DNA from: Eledone cirrhosa
Taxonomy: Eukaryota
DNA: 64,000 nt
Reading direction: 5' to 3'
NCBI GenBank assembly: GCA_964016885.1
Contig: OZ024742.1
Location: forward strand, 245,520,001-245,584,000
In this document: positions 14,851 through 28,348 of the stretch, in pieces
How positions within the stretch are numbered: the stretch's first letter is position 1
Layout: each line of letters starts with the position of its first letter
Made by a program: the position numbers and the translations under genes
The notes under the pieces: generated by a model
Databases searched by the model: none
Told to the model about the DNA's origin: nothing
Seen by the model: only the letters and a program-made list of their open reading frames with translations

Positions 14851-14976
14851 TAATGAAATGACATGGGGCTGAAAATCGAGGACCCGAGGGCGACCGCTAT
14901 TCTGTTCCTTCAACCTCAGCCGGTCGATTTTCAGCCCCATGGGTTTTATCTATTACATTCACGTATTATATTTCGA

Positions 14977-15034
14977 ATACCTGATGATATCACCGGATTC
15001 ATACGGAACCCGGTCATTGAAATGATCATAGTAT
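14977..15034 (+). ncRNA. Minimal hammerhead ribozyme motif
   Basis: atac-CTGATGA-tatcaccgg..ccggtcatt-GAAA-tgatca-TA-gtat. Palindromic stem III. Confidence 0.75.
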
Positions 15035-15629
15035 AATAAACCTTTCAAGGATTTACACAAATCCAGCCTCCTGTCATTTCATTATAACATTTAACTCCGT
15101 AATAGCACCACCAACTACAAAAACAAAGACGGTTGAACTGCTTTACGTTGAGTACTCTCTATATTATTGCATTACGATTGACCATACGGAATAGACCAGC
15201 TCTATACAGTGGTGAACCTCAAACCCGAATATATATATATATATATAAATATATTTTCTCTTGGAAGTTGATGGTCAGTCGTACTGTCCATGCTTGGTGA
15301 GAAGTAGTATTGTGACCTGTAAAAACTAACACTCTCCCATCCCCTCTGGCTTTCGGCTGACTGCCCCAGACGGGACGGGTAGCAGTAAATTATGGTACAG
15401 GCCTAAATGGGTCATTGTTTGGCTGAGAGGATGAACTGACTAAGCGAATTTCGTTGAAATCTGCGGTAGCTAATGGTCAACTTCCTTCGGACATGCGCCT
15501 GCGCAGACCGGTGGGGGTGAATTGGTACTCACAGGGGAACGGATGAAGAACCCAAAGGCACATACTTCGTCCGTTGCCATGTCGATTCAACTTGGATTGC
15601 CTCGGAAACATAACCTTATTATGTAACCA

Positions 15630-15703
15630 GCTGTCTGATGATGTCACGACACTCGCACACAGAACAGTGTGGCCAGTGTCGTCATTGAAATATATATCAC
15701 AGC
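15630..15703 (+). ncRNA. Minimal hammerhead ribozyme motif
   Basis: gctgt-CTGATGA-tgtcacgacact..agtgtcgtcatt-GAAA-tatata-TC-acagc. 5-bp stem I, palindromic stem III. Near the 3' end of an approximately 500-bp island between (TA)n tracts. Confidence 0.8.
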
Positions 15704-15750
15704 ATTATTATTAAAGAACTTGAACATCTGAAACTACTTCGCTTTTACTT

Positions 15751-15793
<43 letters not shown>

Positions 15794-16090
15794 TAGGGTG
15801 TAGTAAAACCAGGTGGACCATAACCCACCAGAGTACTCGATACTTGGGGTAGTAGAGTGGGTAATATGAAAAGATTCAGGACCCTGAATCTTTTCATATA
15901 TATATCAATGATATTAATAAATGGAAACTATATTGATAAAACCATATATAATAAAATAAATATGGTTTTATAAATATAGTTTCCATTTATTAATATCATT
16001 GATATTATACTCCAGGAAACTTGTAGAGTGCTTCGAATCTGTTATAATAAATAAATTTGTTGAATTACCATCAAATTAAATATCTCTTTG

Positions 16091-16186
<96 letters not shown>

Positions 16187-16408
16187 GGAGGTGAGTTTTA
16201 TTGTAGTACAATAAAGCAATGCAGATATCGGATAAGAAGCACTCTACAGTTTGTAGGACTGGAGTATACATAATATATAAGATCAAAAGATGGTTAAAAG
16301 AGTTCCATGTATTTTATTATGCGCATTTCAAAAGCAAATATCATCATGATATGTTGATTTAAAACTGCACTATCCACAAGTGTTTTTAACCTTCATATCA
16401 TGTCTTCC

Positions 16409-16479
16409 TATTTTATCTGATGAAAACACAAATGTTATTGCATGATGATATTTGCTTTTGAAATGCGCATAATAAAATA
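16409..16479 (+). ncRNA. Minimal hammerhead ribozyme motif in a fold-back island
   Basis: tattttat-CTGATGA-aaacacaaatgttatt..gatgatatttgctttt-GAAA-tgcgca-TA-ataaaata. Perfect 8-bp stem I. The 3' half is duplicated in inverted form at about 16274-16348. Confidence 0.8.
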
Positions 16480-16507
16480 CATGGAACTCTTTTAACCATC
16501 TTTTGAT

Positions 16508-16549
<42 letters not shown>

Positions 16550-16766
16550 GAGGGGGAATCTTTCATGTCATATACCATTATTTTGAGCGAGTACCTCAGT
16601 TAAATAAAGTGTATATGTGTATGTATATTACCACGGCTTGAACCCTCGCTTCCTGGTGTAGTCGAGGAGAAGGAGGAGGACGAGCTTAGAAGGACTGTGA
16701 GAAAGGGAATGGAAGTCGATGATATGCCCTGTTCTGAAGCAAGGCATGGAAAACAATAAGAATAGA

Positions 16767-16803
<37 letters not shown>

Positions 16804-18863
16804 TCGACCACAGTACTGAACTGGTTGTATATTTATTCACAAGGAAAGGATAAAAGGTAAAATTAATTAAAGAAAAGTCAATAAAAAAACTAACGCAATA
16901 CAATAACGGTTTATCGGAAGGCAGACAAGATTAAAAAAAAAAACGGGGAAAAGTGTATGTTGGGGTTGCGTTTGCATTAATCCAATCAATAAATAATGTT
17001 GTAAGTATTATCAAGCACTCAACGTCGTATGCATATTTTCAATCGCGATGTAGCATCACTTGGGTTATACATGACGGTGTGTTCATATGATGATAATGAA
17101 TACAAAGGCAAGATGCACATAATTCTCTTCGTATGTCTATGTCTGTCTGTCTGTCTGTATGTATGTATTTATGTATGTGTATGTATGTGTGTATGTATGT
17201 GTGTGTGTATGTATGTATATCTATGTGTGTATGTATGTGTGTGTGTATGTACGTATGTATGTATGTATGTGTGTGTATGAATGTATGTATGTTCTTCTGG
17301 TTTTATAATTTCACAAAGTTTTACCAATAGAGAGAGAGAGTCGGTTTCTAACATAGACACAAGACTCTCTCATTGGAATTTACACAACATCAACTAGGTA
17401 GATATGTATGTCTGCATGTGTAGATATGGATGTTATTGTATGTGTGGATGTGGATGTTTTGAGTTGTATGTGTGCATGTGAATATGCTTTGTATCTGTAC
17501 ATGTGTATATGCAGTTATTAGATGCAAAATATGCATGCATGTATGTATGTGTGCGTGTGTGTATGTATGCATGTATGTGTGTGTGTACGTATGTATGTAT
17601 GTATGTGTGTGTATGTGTGTATGTATGCATGTATGTATGTATGTGTGTGTATGTGTGTATGTATGTATGTGTGTATGTATGTATGTATGTATGTATGTAT
17701 GTATGTATGTATGTATGTATGTATGTATGTATGTATGTATGTATGTGTGTTTGAGTTTGCTGTTGGCATATGTTTGCATTCTTAGACGGTGGTAGGTGAA
17801 ATATAGAATTATAAGTTCCCACTTCTTGCTGGCACGCAACATCAAAACCTTCTCACAACTAGGAAGGAGGCCTTCATTACTTACATAAAAAAATAACAAA
17901 AATAATAATAAAAGAAACAGCAAATCAAATAGAAGAACATAAATTGTTGAGCAAGATGTAATTACAACAATGGTGAGGTAAGTTGAGATGAGAGAAAGAG
18001 GATAAAGAAAGATAAGAAATATTAGCAGGGAGAGGAGGAGTAAGAAAGGGAGATTACTGAATTGGAGTAAGTAGAAAGGTAGAGAGAAAAAATGTATCAG
18101 AATAGAGAGAGGAGGAAGAAGAAAAGAATGAGGTAAGAGAAGAAACATTTCTGAGAGGGGTAGGAGGAGTAGCTTAGAATGAGTGCCAGAAAGGGAAAGG
18201 GAAGTAAAAAAGGTAAGATATGAGAGGATGTGAAACATTTTAGTGTGGAAGTAGATAAGAATGGCAGAAAGGGAAAAGGAAGTAAAGAGGTAAGAAAAAT
18301 GAGGAATAGAAAAATAGGAATGAAGGAGGAAGATAGATGGCAAAATTGGCGGAATTTTAACGTTGACTAGAACACTTTGCTCTATTCGTTCCGGATAACG
18401 CCGAGTCTAACTTTGTCTTTCGACTTTTGCGGGTCGATAAGTAAAGTTCCAGTCCAGTACTGCGGTTGAAATTCTCTCTCTCTCTCTCTCTCTTTCTCCC
18501 CCCCCCCTCTCTCTCTCAGACACACACACTCACTCTCTCTGGAAGAAATTGGCCGTATTCCGCGACGTAGAAAGGAATGGACTCTGCCAGGTTTAAGCTG
18601 CCCAAGACAGGCTGTGTGCCACAACGACGCCCCTATAACTCTACAAGGATTTACGATCCCATGGATGGTATGGATTAAAGTTTAGAAGGATAAAGATAAA
18701 GTGAAGTGAAGCTGATGTTTTTGTGCCGCTGTGTGATATCTTGGGCAAGTGATAAGGTTTGTGGTAGTTTGTAGTAGTTTGTGGTAGTAACAACCAGAAG
18801 GAAGAAAATATGTAAGAAAATATATATGGTGGTTGTAGCGGTGGTAGCAGCGGCGGTGGTGGT

Positions 18864-19666
18864 GGTATGATGGCAGTGGTGGTGATGGGTATGATGGCAG
18901 TGGTGGTGATGGGTATGATGGCAGTGGTGGTGATGGGTATGATGGCAGTGGTGGTGATGGGTATGATGGCAGTGGTGGTGATGGGTATGATGGCAGTGGT
19001 GGTGATGGGTATGATGGCAGTGGTGGTGATGGGTATGATGGCAGTGGTGGTGATGAGTATGATGGCAGTGGTGGTGATGGGTATGATGGCAGTGGTGGTG
19101 ATGGGTATGATGGCAGTGGTGGTGATGGGTATGATGGCAGTGGTGGTGATGGGTATGATGGCAGTGGTGGTGATGGTATGATGGCAGTGGTGGTGATGGT
19201 ATGATGGCAGTGGTGGTGATGGTATGATGGCAGTGGTGGTGATGGTATGATGGCAGTGGTGGTGATGAGTATGATGGCAGTGGTGGTGATGGGTATGATG
19301 GCAGTGGTGGTGATGGGTATGATGGCAGTGGTGGTGATGGGTATGATGGCAGTGGTGGTGATGGTATGATGGCAGTGGTGGTGATGGGTATGATGGCAGT
19401 GGTGGTGATGGTATGATGGCAGTGGTGGTGATGAGTATGATGGCAGTGGTGGTGATGGGTATGATGGCAGTGGTGGTGATGGTATGATGGCAGTGGTGGT
19501 GATGGGTATGATGGCAGTGGTGGTGATGGTATGATGGCAGTGGTGGTGATGGTATGATGGCAGTGGTGGTGATGGGTATGATGGCAGTGGTGGTGATGGG
19601 TATGATGGCAGTGGTGGTGATGGGTATGATGGCAGTGGTGGTGATGGGTATGATGGCAGTGGTGGT
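18864..19666. repeat. 23/24-bp minisatellite (GGTATGATGGCAGTGGTGGTGAT[G])n
   Basis: About 34 tandem units, followed by degenerate (GGT)n low-complexity sequence to about 20390. Confidence 0.95.
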
Positions 19667-20435
19667 AGGAATTGTAAGATAAGACAGTTGAATATATGGA
19701 ATAAGTGTGAGTGGTGGTAGAAGTGTTGATGGTGGTGGCAGTGGTGGTAGTGACAGCGGTGGTGCTGAATATGGTAATGGTGGTGGTGTGGTGGCGGTGG
19801 TGGTGGTGGTGGCGGTGGCGGTGGTGGTAATAGTAGTGTTGAGTGATGGTGGTGGTGGTGGTGGTGGTGGCGGTGGTGGCGGCGGTGATGCTGAATATAG
19901 TAATGGTGATGGTGGTGATGACGGCGATGATGCTGAATATAGTAATGGTGGTGGTGGTGATGGTGGTGTTGAGTAATGGTGGTGATGACGGTGATGATGC
20001 TGAATATAGTAATGGTGGTTGTGGTGGCGGTGGTTGTGGTGGTAACGGCGGTGATGCCGAATATAGTAATGGTGGTGGTGGTAGTTTGTGGTGGTGGTGG
20101 TGGTGGTGGTTTGTAGTGGTGACAGCGATGATGCTGAATATAGTAATGGTGGTGGTGGTGGTTTGTGGTGGTGGTGGTGGTGGTGGTAGTTTGTGGTGGT
20201 GGTGGTGGTGGTGGTGGTGGTGACGGCGGTGATGCTGAATATAGTAATGGTGGTGATGGCGGTGATGATGGTGGTGTTGAGTGATGGTGATGGTGGTGGT
20301 GGTGGTGGTGGTAGTAAGAATTGAAGGATAATGCTGTTGAGTGAATGGAGTAAGAGTGAGTGGTGATGATGGTGATGGTACGAAGCTGTAGTCATGTAAC
20401 ATGAAAGTATGAAATAGCTAAGTGAACCAAATGTG

Positions 20436-20520
<85 letters not shown>

Positions 20521-22069
20521 CGCCAACTATATAAGGTAGGGTGAATAGACGATGAAACCGATGCTTGTCATAGAATTACGTTCACTTTTTCGTTTCTCAT
20601 TAATTATTTGGATTAGCAGAATCGGTAGAGCGTGAGCCAAAATATTTTGTGGTATTTAGTGACGTCCCGCCCCCCCCCGGAGTCGATGAAATAGAGTACC
20701 AGTTAAGCACTGGGGTCGATTTAATCGATATACGATAAAACCTACAATTTTTCCTCACCCCCCACGTTCGTGGAAAGTAAGAGAAAGGTGCGAAGTCGGG
20801 AAAAAAGTCTAGTAGTGAATCGTTGGATATTGATGTCATAAAAAATTGGACTCTTGCCAAAATTAGAAAAAACATACTGAACCAAGGGAGGTAACTCAAA
20901 TACAAGAAACCGCTATTATCTCCCTTTGAAGAGGTGTAGAGTGTCCAGAAAAAAAATAATTTAATTTTGAAATGTAGTTGTTTCCAACGTTAATGAGTAT
21001 AATAATAATAATTGCTTAATATGAAAATCGGGCAAAGTACTTTTTGGGACGGAAGAAATGGACAGAAGTGCTTCTGATCATTTATTCTATTTATAGTGAA
21101 AGGGATTAGTAATATCAGGTGAGCGTCGGTCAACATGCTTTGTGGCACTTAGTTACCGCTCTTTACGTTGAGTTCAAATCCCTCTGAGGTTAGCTTGTCT
21201 TTCATCCTTGATTAGATCGACTTTCCCCATCCCTTCAAATTGCTGGTCTTGTGCTTAAAGTAGACAATTATTTATAGTGATCGGTTATTATTTTTATAGT
21301 CATTTACGTTGGAACGGCTACATTTCAAATTTCTAAATGTTTCTTAAGCCCACCAAATATTCACAAATCAGTGTAAGTTTTCGACTAGCAATAAGCCATC
21401 CTCAGCTAATCCTCTGTGCTAATCATCGTAAATAAAATGTGTCACAACAATATTAGGCTGTTTTTATTGTTTAGCATTAGGTGAGCTCTGACACAATAGA
21501 CCTACAATTGTTTCTACTTTTGGCACAAGGCCAGTAATTTGAAGGTAAGGGGAAAGTTGATTAAATCGACCCCAGTGCATAACTGGTGTTTTATTTTATC
21601 GACTTCGCAAGGATGAAATGCAAAGCTAACCTTGGCAGGATTTGAAATCCAAACGTAATGCATGTTATCTGAAGCTCTACCGATACTGCCAATCCCCCGT
21701 CCTCACTAACCTATAATAAACGACATTCCAGCCATGACCATTATGTTATGTTTTTAAATGCATAGATCATTCAGAGTCACATCTTACAAATGCCTTTCTC
21801 TTTCTTTTTTAAGACATTAGAGAATAAATTAATGTGACAAATTGGCAGAGTCATTATAAGCATTGAATTAAATATCTCGGTATTTGTTCCTGCTAACTAT
21901 GCTCCATGTTCCAACACCAACCAGGTTAGCTTTGCCTTTCGTCTTTTTGAGGTTGATAAATAAAGTACTAGTTAGATACTGAAGTTAGTTCTCTCTCTCT
22001 ATATATATATGAGTCCAGAAATAGTCGTCGAAACGGCTTGAGCTCTGCCGTCGGGGTCATACTTTTTCC

Positions 22070-22108
<39 letters not shown>

Positions 22109-22238
22109 GCAAAAGTTTTATTTAAAATTGTTGGGTTACAACGAGTAAATATTTTATAACTGATATAAAGCACTCAACAAGTTTTGGAGTAGATATACGA
22201 AATTAAACAAATGGAAACTATATTTATAAAACCATATT

Positions 22239-22304
22239 TATTTCATTATACATATTTCAGGGATACCATATTAAAAATATGGCATGCCTTCTTCAGATAA
22301 AATA
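22239..22304 (-). ncRNA. Minimal hammerhead motif, left arm of fold-back element
   Basis: Reverse complement of 22418-22483. Confidence 0.75.
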
Positions 22305-22417
22305 CAATATATAAGCAGTTTTATAAATAAATTCACTACCAAACCAACTTTTTTAAATGGAAGTTGATCAATATTTTATGGTACGTCAAATTTATTTATA
22401 AAACTGCTTATATATTG

Positions 22418-22483
22418 TATTTTATCTGAAGAAGGCATGCCATATTTTTAATATGGTATCCCTGAAATATGTATAATGAAATA
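22418..22483 (+). ncRNA. Minimal hammerhead motif, right arm of fold-back element
   Basis: Same sequence as 13263-13328. Confidence 0.75.
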
Positions 22484-22523
22484 AATATGGTTTTATAAAT
22501 ATAGTTTCCATTTGTTTAATATC

Positions 22524-22583
<60 letters not shown>

Positions 22584-25469
22584 GTCTCTCTCTCTTGAAG
22601 AAATTTACAATATTCTAACTTGAAGAGGGATGGGCTCTACCAGATTAAAAATTCTCAAGGCATGCTGTGTATCAGGACTCCAGACCTATGATTCTATCAG
22701 GAGTTAAGGGTCCTTTTTCCTTCTTATGCAGATCAAGTAAACATTTACTTATTGGCTTGTCAATATTCGGTTGTTCTAGTCTGGTGCTAAATAGGGTGGG
22801 GTGACGTGAGGGATTAAGCATGCATGGGACCTTCGGTAGAAAATTTCATTGGAGCCCTTGTATAATATGATAGCCAAAAAAAAAAAATTACTTTTGTGTC
22901 CTTTAATTATTGCAGGTGTGGGAAGGTGTCTGGCTACAGCCCAGTTAGCTACCACTACCACCACCATCATCATCATCTCCCTTAATCTGCCACTGGTGTT
23001 AAGATATGAGCATAGATTGGTTATGATAGTTGTGATGGTAGTTCTAGTTTAATAACATTTACATTAGGATGTTTTCATTTCTTCATCCTCAGTGTTGTTA
23101 TGTTAATACTTTGTTTTCATGACCTTTCTAGCATAGGTTAAATATTACACCCCATTCACCCCCACTAAAAAAAAACACTTCATGATAATCCACTTCCCCA
23201 CTTTTGGAGGTGTCTTCAAAGCTAATATATGTTGCCTGAACTTGATCTTTTGTAGCATATGTTAACAGTTTGGATTCTTGGCACCAAGTCAACTTCACCG
23301 AATTCTCTTAGCACATTAATTCCTCTGGTGTATTAAGGAAGAAAGGAAAGAAGGAAAAACAGATGCTAAAATGTTTATAACAAGGATAGAAATGAACATT
23401 GTAGGAGATTGTGAACGGTGGAAGATTAAGGGGAGTGGGGAAAGGGATGCCTGGACTGTAACCAGGGGCCCCCACAATATTTAAGGGGCCCCAAATTATT
23501 ATTATTTTTTTTTTTTTTGCCAATAGAAATAATATGTGAAATAATTGGTTAGGAGTCCCAGAGACACTTCTTTTAACCATGGTTAAGCAGCATGGAAAAT
23601 ATGATTTTTTTTTTTCCTACACCTCCCAGGACAAGTCGTAGACCCATCTCCAATTCTCTATGTTGAATGGAGATTGCAATATATTTTTCAAACAGGCCCT
23701 TCTACCTAAAGCCTGAGTGTGTCCATTGTTACCCTGTGTGAAGGACGATGTGGTATGAATGCTTTTATTGCATCTAATCTTATCATAGATTTTTGGTGGT
23801 CTTATTTACACCATTCAGCAGTTTGGTACTTTTATCAGAATCTTGGGTAATGACCAAAAGAATACAATCGTAATTACAAGTGGTTAAAATGGAGTTCCTC
23901 CAAAAGATTTTGGGAGTATCGTTACTCACTAGAGTGTATAGCTTGTAGACCAGGGAGTCATTACAGGTACTTTGAGCATGTGGTCAGAAAGTCTAATTTT
24001 TACAGGTAAAACCAGTTGGCAGGAGACCCAGAACAAGATGGTTGGATAACATTGATGAACTCAGCTGATCTCACTTGGAGATCCAGCTGAATTAATTGGA
24101 AACAGTTGCTTGCTTCTAGCAGGACCCACTGGAAGGCATGGTTGAGGACCCTGCACCCACGACCATCTCAGGAATAAGTGGGCAAAGAAGAAGGAGGAAG
24201 AGGAGGAGTGTATACGCATACAATAGATATGACTACTTTGAGGGCATAACTCCCTGTGGGATAAAGGGTGTCAAACCATGACTGATAGAGAAATTTGTAA
24301 ATCACATTGGAGTCAACATGAAGAAATACATAAGAAACATCATCCCCATCATCATTTTACATCCACTGTTCCATGATTGCATGGGTCGGACAGGTTCTTC
24401 TCAGTACAGCATCTCTCCATTTGTTGTGTTCTTTGTCATCTCCTCTGTAAGCTTTAGCAATCTGAGATCAGCTCTCACCACTTCCATCCAGGATGTTTCC
24501 TTCCACTGGGATTACTTGGTACTTCTTCACCCAGTTATTATCATCCATGTGCATCATGTCCATACCAACAAAATCTCCTCTCATACACACTACTTCTGAT
24601 TCCTCTTATACCAAGTTTCTCCTTCAGTTCATCCATGCTTTATCATCCTTGCACATGATATATTATTTCTTAGGACACACAACCTCATTGTGTAGTATAT
24701 ATAACTCTATATGTTCCTAGTATATATAACTCTGTATATACCTAGTGCTTTAAAGCACTGATCTACACAACTGGGAATTTGCCTTGGAGGCATAACTTCC
24801 TGTAGCTTAAAGAGAGATTCTCCTACACACCTAAGAGGATGTGTTTAATTGATTTTTTAAAAAAGAATTATTTTCAAAATTATAAAGATTCTGATTATAT
24901 GTTTATTTAAAGGTATTCAGAAACTTTCCAGTAATAATGATTCTGTTATCTTAACTTGCTAAAAAATATCATTTAATGATCAAATTTAAGAACTCATAAA
25001 TTTTTAAAGCCTAATTGATTTCTTTCAGGTTCATATATGTTTCCTAGGCAGCGAATTGGCAAAGTCGTTAGAACGTTAGATAGAATGCTTTGTGGTATTT
25101 GTTTCGGCTCTCTGCTTTCTGAGTTCAAATCCCATCGAGTTCAACTTTACCTTTGATCTTTTCAAGGTCAATAGAAAAAAGTACCAGTCTAGTACTGGAG
25201 TTGATTCTTCCTCTATATATTCTCACTTCCTCAATCTCACTATCTATCCTTTTCTTCTCTGTATTCTTCCAGGGTTAAAAATTCCCTAGAAATGCCATAT
25301 GTCAAAATGGCACCTCTATGACTCCTTCAGGAGTTACAGAACCATGCATGCATATGTTACCTCCTACACTAAAACCATCCTAATTTTGTCATCATGTGCT
25401 CTCAAATAGTAGCTCCATAATTGGGATTAATTATGAATTATGAAAAGTGGAAAAATTAAAATGATGTGT

Positions 25470-25742
25470 CCAGTGCTCAGGTGCACTACAACTCATCAAA
25501 AGTGCATGTATAGTGCATAGAATAATTATAAATGTCAGGAAAGTGAACATTGTATGAATCATGATATACACACTGATATATGCGTTCATGTGTATGAAGG
25601 GGGAATATCAGAGGTAGTGTTGGCGAATTTTGAGAAGCATGGAGTTTTGAAGGATGCAGTGTCCTGATAGCTAACAACAAATGCAGGTAGTTTGTTCCCT
25701 GCTTCAGCAACTCTGAACATGAAAAAATGTTTACGAAAGTCA
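25470..25742 (-). mobile_element. CR1-type LINE 3' fragment
   Basis: Minus strand translates DFRKHFFMFRVAEAGNKLPAFVVS..TASFK (CR1 ORF2 C-terminus), then a UTR shared with fragments at about 13410-13485 and 62850-63030. Confidence 0.65.
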
Positions 25743-27063
25743 TAAGTGTTTCTGATTTAGGCACAAGGCCAATAATTTGGGAGAGGGGAAAGTTGATTAA
25801 TTTGACACCAGTGCATTACTGGTACTTTATTTTATTGACCCATAAGGATAAAAGGCAAAGCTAACCTTGGCAGGATTTGAACTCAGAACGTAAAGGGGTG
25901 TAACTATATATTATGAATTATCATAATATATGAATTACAATTAATTATAACACACATTTTCATATAACAATACATAATTTTATAATAGATAATTGACAAC
26001 TGATGAATCAGTATTGGCCAATAAAGCAAGGTCAATTAACTGGTAATCGGTAAGCAGCCAATTGCTTATAGGTGGATCCCTAACATACATGTGTGTGTGT
26101 GAAGCAAAATCATGTTTTGTGTTTTACAAAACTACACTGTATTTATGTGACATACTCATTTGGAATAATAGTAACCGTCACACAGCATCACGTCCCCTTT
26201 CTCATTTAAAAGAGAACTTTCCCTTTATCACTCATTTTGGGTGCAGTAGCTGGCCACTTTTGCCAACTGCTAGCCAGCCAACTAGTCTGACAAAAAGACT
26301 ATATCTATTAGTCTGTCACACCTCTTCATTCACACATTCAGTCTGTTTTTCTCTGTAAAGAGTCTGTACAATACATCTTCTTTCACAACTACAATTACAC
26401 CTATGTTTTTACATTCCAAAGAAAATAGTTTCCTTTCTAAAACGTTTTTCATCATCATCATCGCCATAACCACCAATATATATAAGGGTAGCCTTACTGC
26501 AAAAGAAAAATATTTTTTCCTAACAAAAAAAATGAAACCTGTATCTTCTAGATATCGGCTTGACACTTTAACCATTAAGATAAGGACTCTTTGACGAAAT
26601 TTTTTCCATCATTTTAACCAGATAGCTGGACAACAGCTTTCAGATGTCAGCAGGCAAGCAGACAATTCCTTATAGCAGCCGATGGCAACTTATTTTTCCA
26701 TATTTTAAGGGTGCTCACCCTATTTTATAAGCTATCTCTATTGCATTTCTGCACTTGAGCACTTTCTTTATACTTATATACATATATGCTCAGCATTTCA
26801 AAAAGCCAAAAATTCAGTTCCGTACATTATTTGTTTACATATGGATGTCTGTCTGTCACTCTATCTGCCAGCTGATGTATATACACACATATATCATCAT
26901 TATCATTACATTCATTTTTCCATGCTCGTATGGGTTGGACGGGTCCTTCTCAGCAAGAGATCTCTCCACTTATCTCGTTCTTTCGTCACCCAGTGATCAT
27001 TGTCTATGCGCATCATATGTCCATACCAACACAATCTTCTCTCCTACATACCACCTAAGATTC

Positions 27064-27800
27064 CTCATCAACTCAGCTGAGAGAAGAAATTCCAGACCAG
27101 GAAACATAGCTTAGAAGCAAAGTGTCTTAAAGTCAACTTGGCAATGACTAAAGTCCTAGTAAGTAGAAAGAAAAACAGAGTTCTGATCTCTTCAGGGAAA
27201 TGGCCTTGATCAGTGTGCAGGAAAGGAGTGCATAGAAATTCCATTCTATATCCCAAATGTAAACTATGGGTACACAATAGATGTAGTGGGATCTCAGTCA
27301 GGTTAACAAAGAACATAGGTTTCATATGTGGTTGATACACAGGTGCAGTAAGTAGAAAGACCTCACAGGAAACAAGCTCTTTTTAATGCTCAGAGGGCTC
27401 AAAAGAAGTAGTTGATACTTGTTACCTGGGTGACAAATTAACAGTGGATGTGGGTGTTCTGAAAGTACAGCAGCCAGAGTGAGAGTGAGATGAAAAAAGT
27501 TCAGCAAGCTACTACCACTGCTAGCTATAAAAGTTTTTTTCTCTCAAAATGAAAGACTGATTGTATGATGCATATATAGGAACAGCAATGTTACATAGTA
27601 GTGAGACCTGGGCGCCATGCACAGAGGACCTACGAAGATTGGATAGAAATGAAGCTTGCATGCTTAAATGGATGTGTAATACTAGAAATCTCAGGATGGA
27701 GTGATAAAAGTTGACTTTGCATATTTAAACCTCTCAAAGGAGATGACACAGGATCAAGATCTCTGGTGTTATGCTATACTACAGAAGACCTTCCTTCACA
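27064..27800 (+). mobile_element. Decayed 5'-truncated RTE LINE
   Basis: LEAKCLKVNLAMTKVLVSRK..SGKWP*SVCRKGV, YLGDKINSG and AMLHSSETWA, collinear with the 46668-49661 ORF. Many stops. Further RTE scraps at about 24340-24660, 40705-41420 and 41560-41970. Confidence 0.8.
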
Positions 27801-28348
27801 TGTATACAGGATGAAACAAACATGTAGAGGACACTAGTCTGAATCAATCTTCTCCCTACCCCTCCCCAATTCACCCTTCCTTGTCTTAATATCCCCTCCC
27901 ACCAGCTAAATATCCCACTCACCTCATCCATGTCCAACTTGCATACTGGTTACCCCCATTTATACAAGCATAGAAAACTGGACACACTCAACATTTGCTC
28001 CCTCATTATGCTGCTGCCACAACAAAAAATCACTAAGTCCACCCTGTATGGTGATCTGGTGACAATGTACAGCCACTGGAAATAACATCTGTGAAATAAA
28101 CAGCTCCATCTATCTGCTTAGCTAGCTACCTCACCGTGAAACAAACAACTCTTAAAGCCACCAAAATAAAACGCCTACGCAGTGGCTAAACATCAAACGA
28201 TTATTTTTGTATAAATAGTGTGGTTCCAAACACTTTCGCCAGTTGATCTTTGGCAGAGTCAGCTCGCGTATCGTTGTTCCTCGCCTCTGCCACGCTTGTC
28301 ACTCACACATGCCTTGTACCTCTGTATCGTCGCTTCATGTATTTCATT

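Noticed and set aside
17390-18343. 317-aa hydrophobic ORF resembling a membrane protein
   Set aside because: Antisense reading of purine-rich low-complexity DNA plus microsatellite; no domain motifs.
18641-20402. 584-aa and 575-aa His/Pro/Thr-rich ORFs resembling structural proteins
   Set aside because: They come from a stop-free minisatellite open in several frames. Mixed 23/24-bp units scramble the frame, which argues against coding.
26330-26700. Apparent minus-strand exon with a donor near 26538
   Set aside because: The upstream frame reads *WKKFRQRVLIL, like the RTE WKKFREL motif; more likely an ancient LINE scrap.
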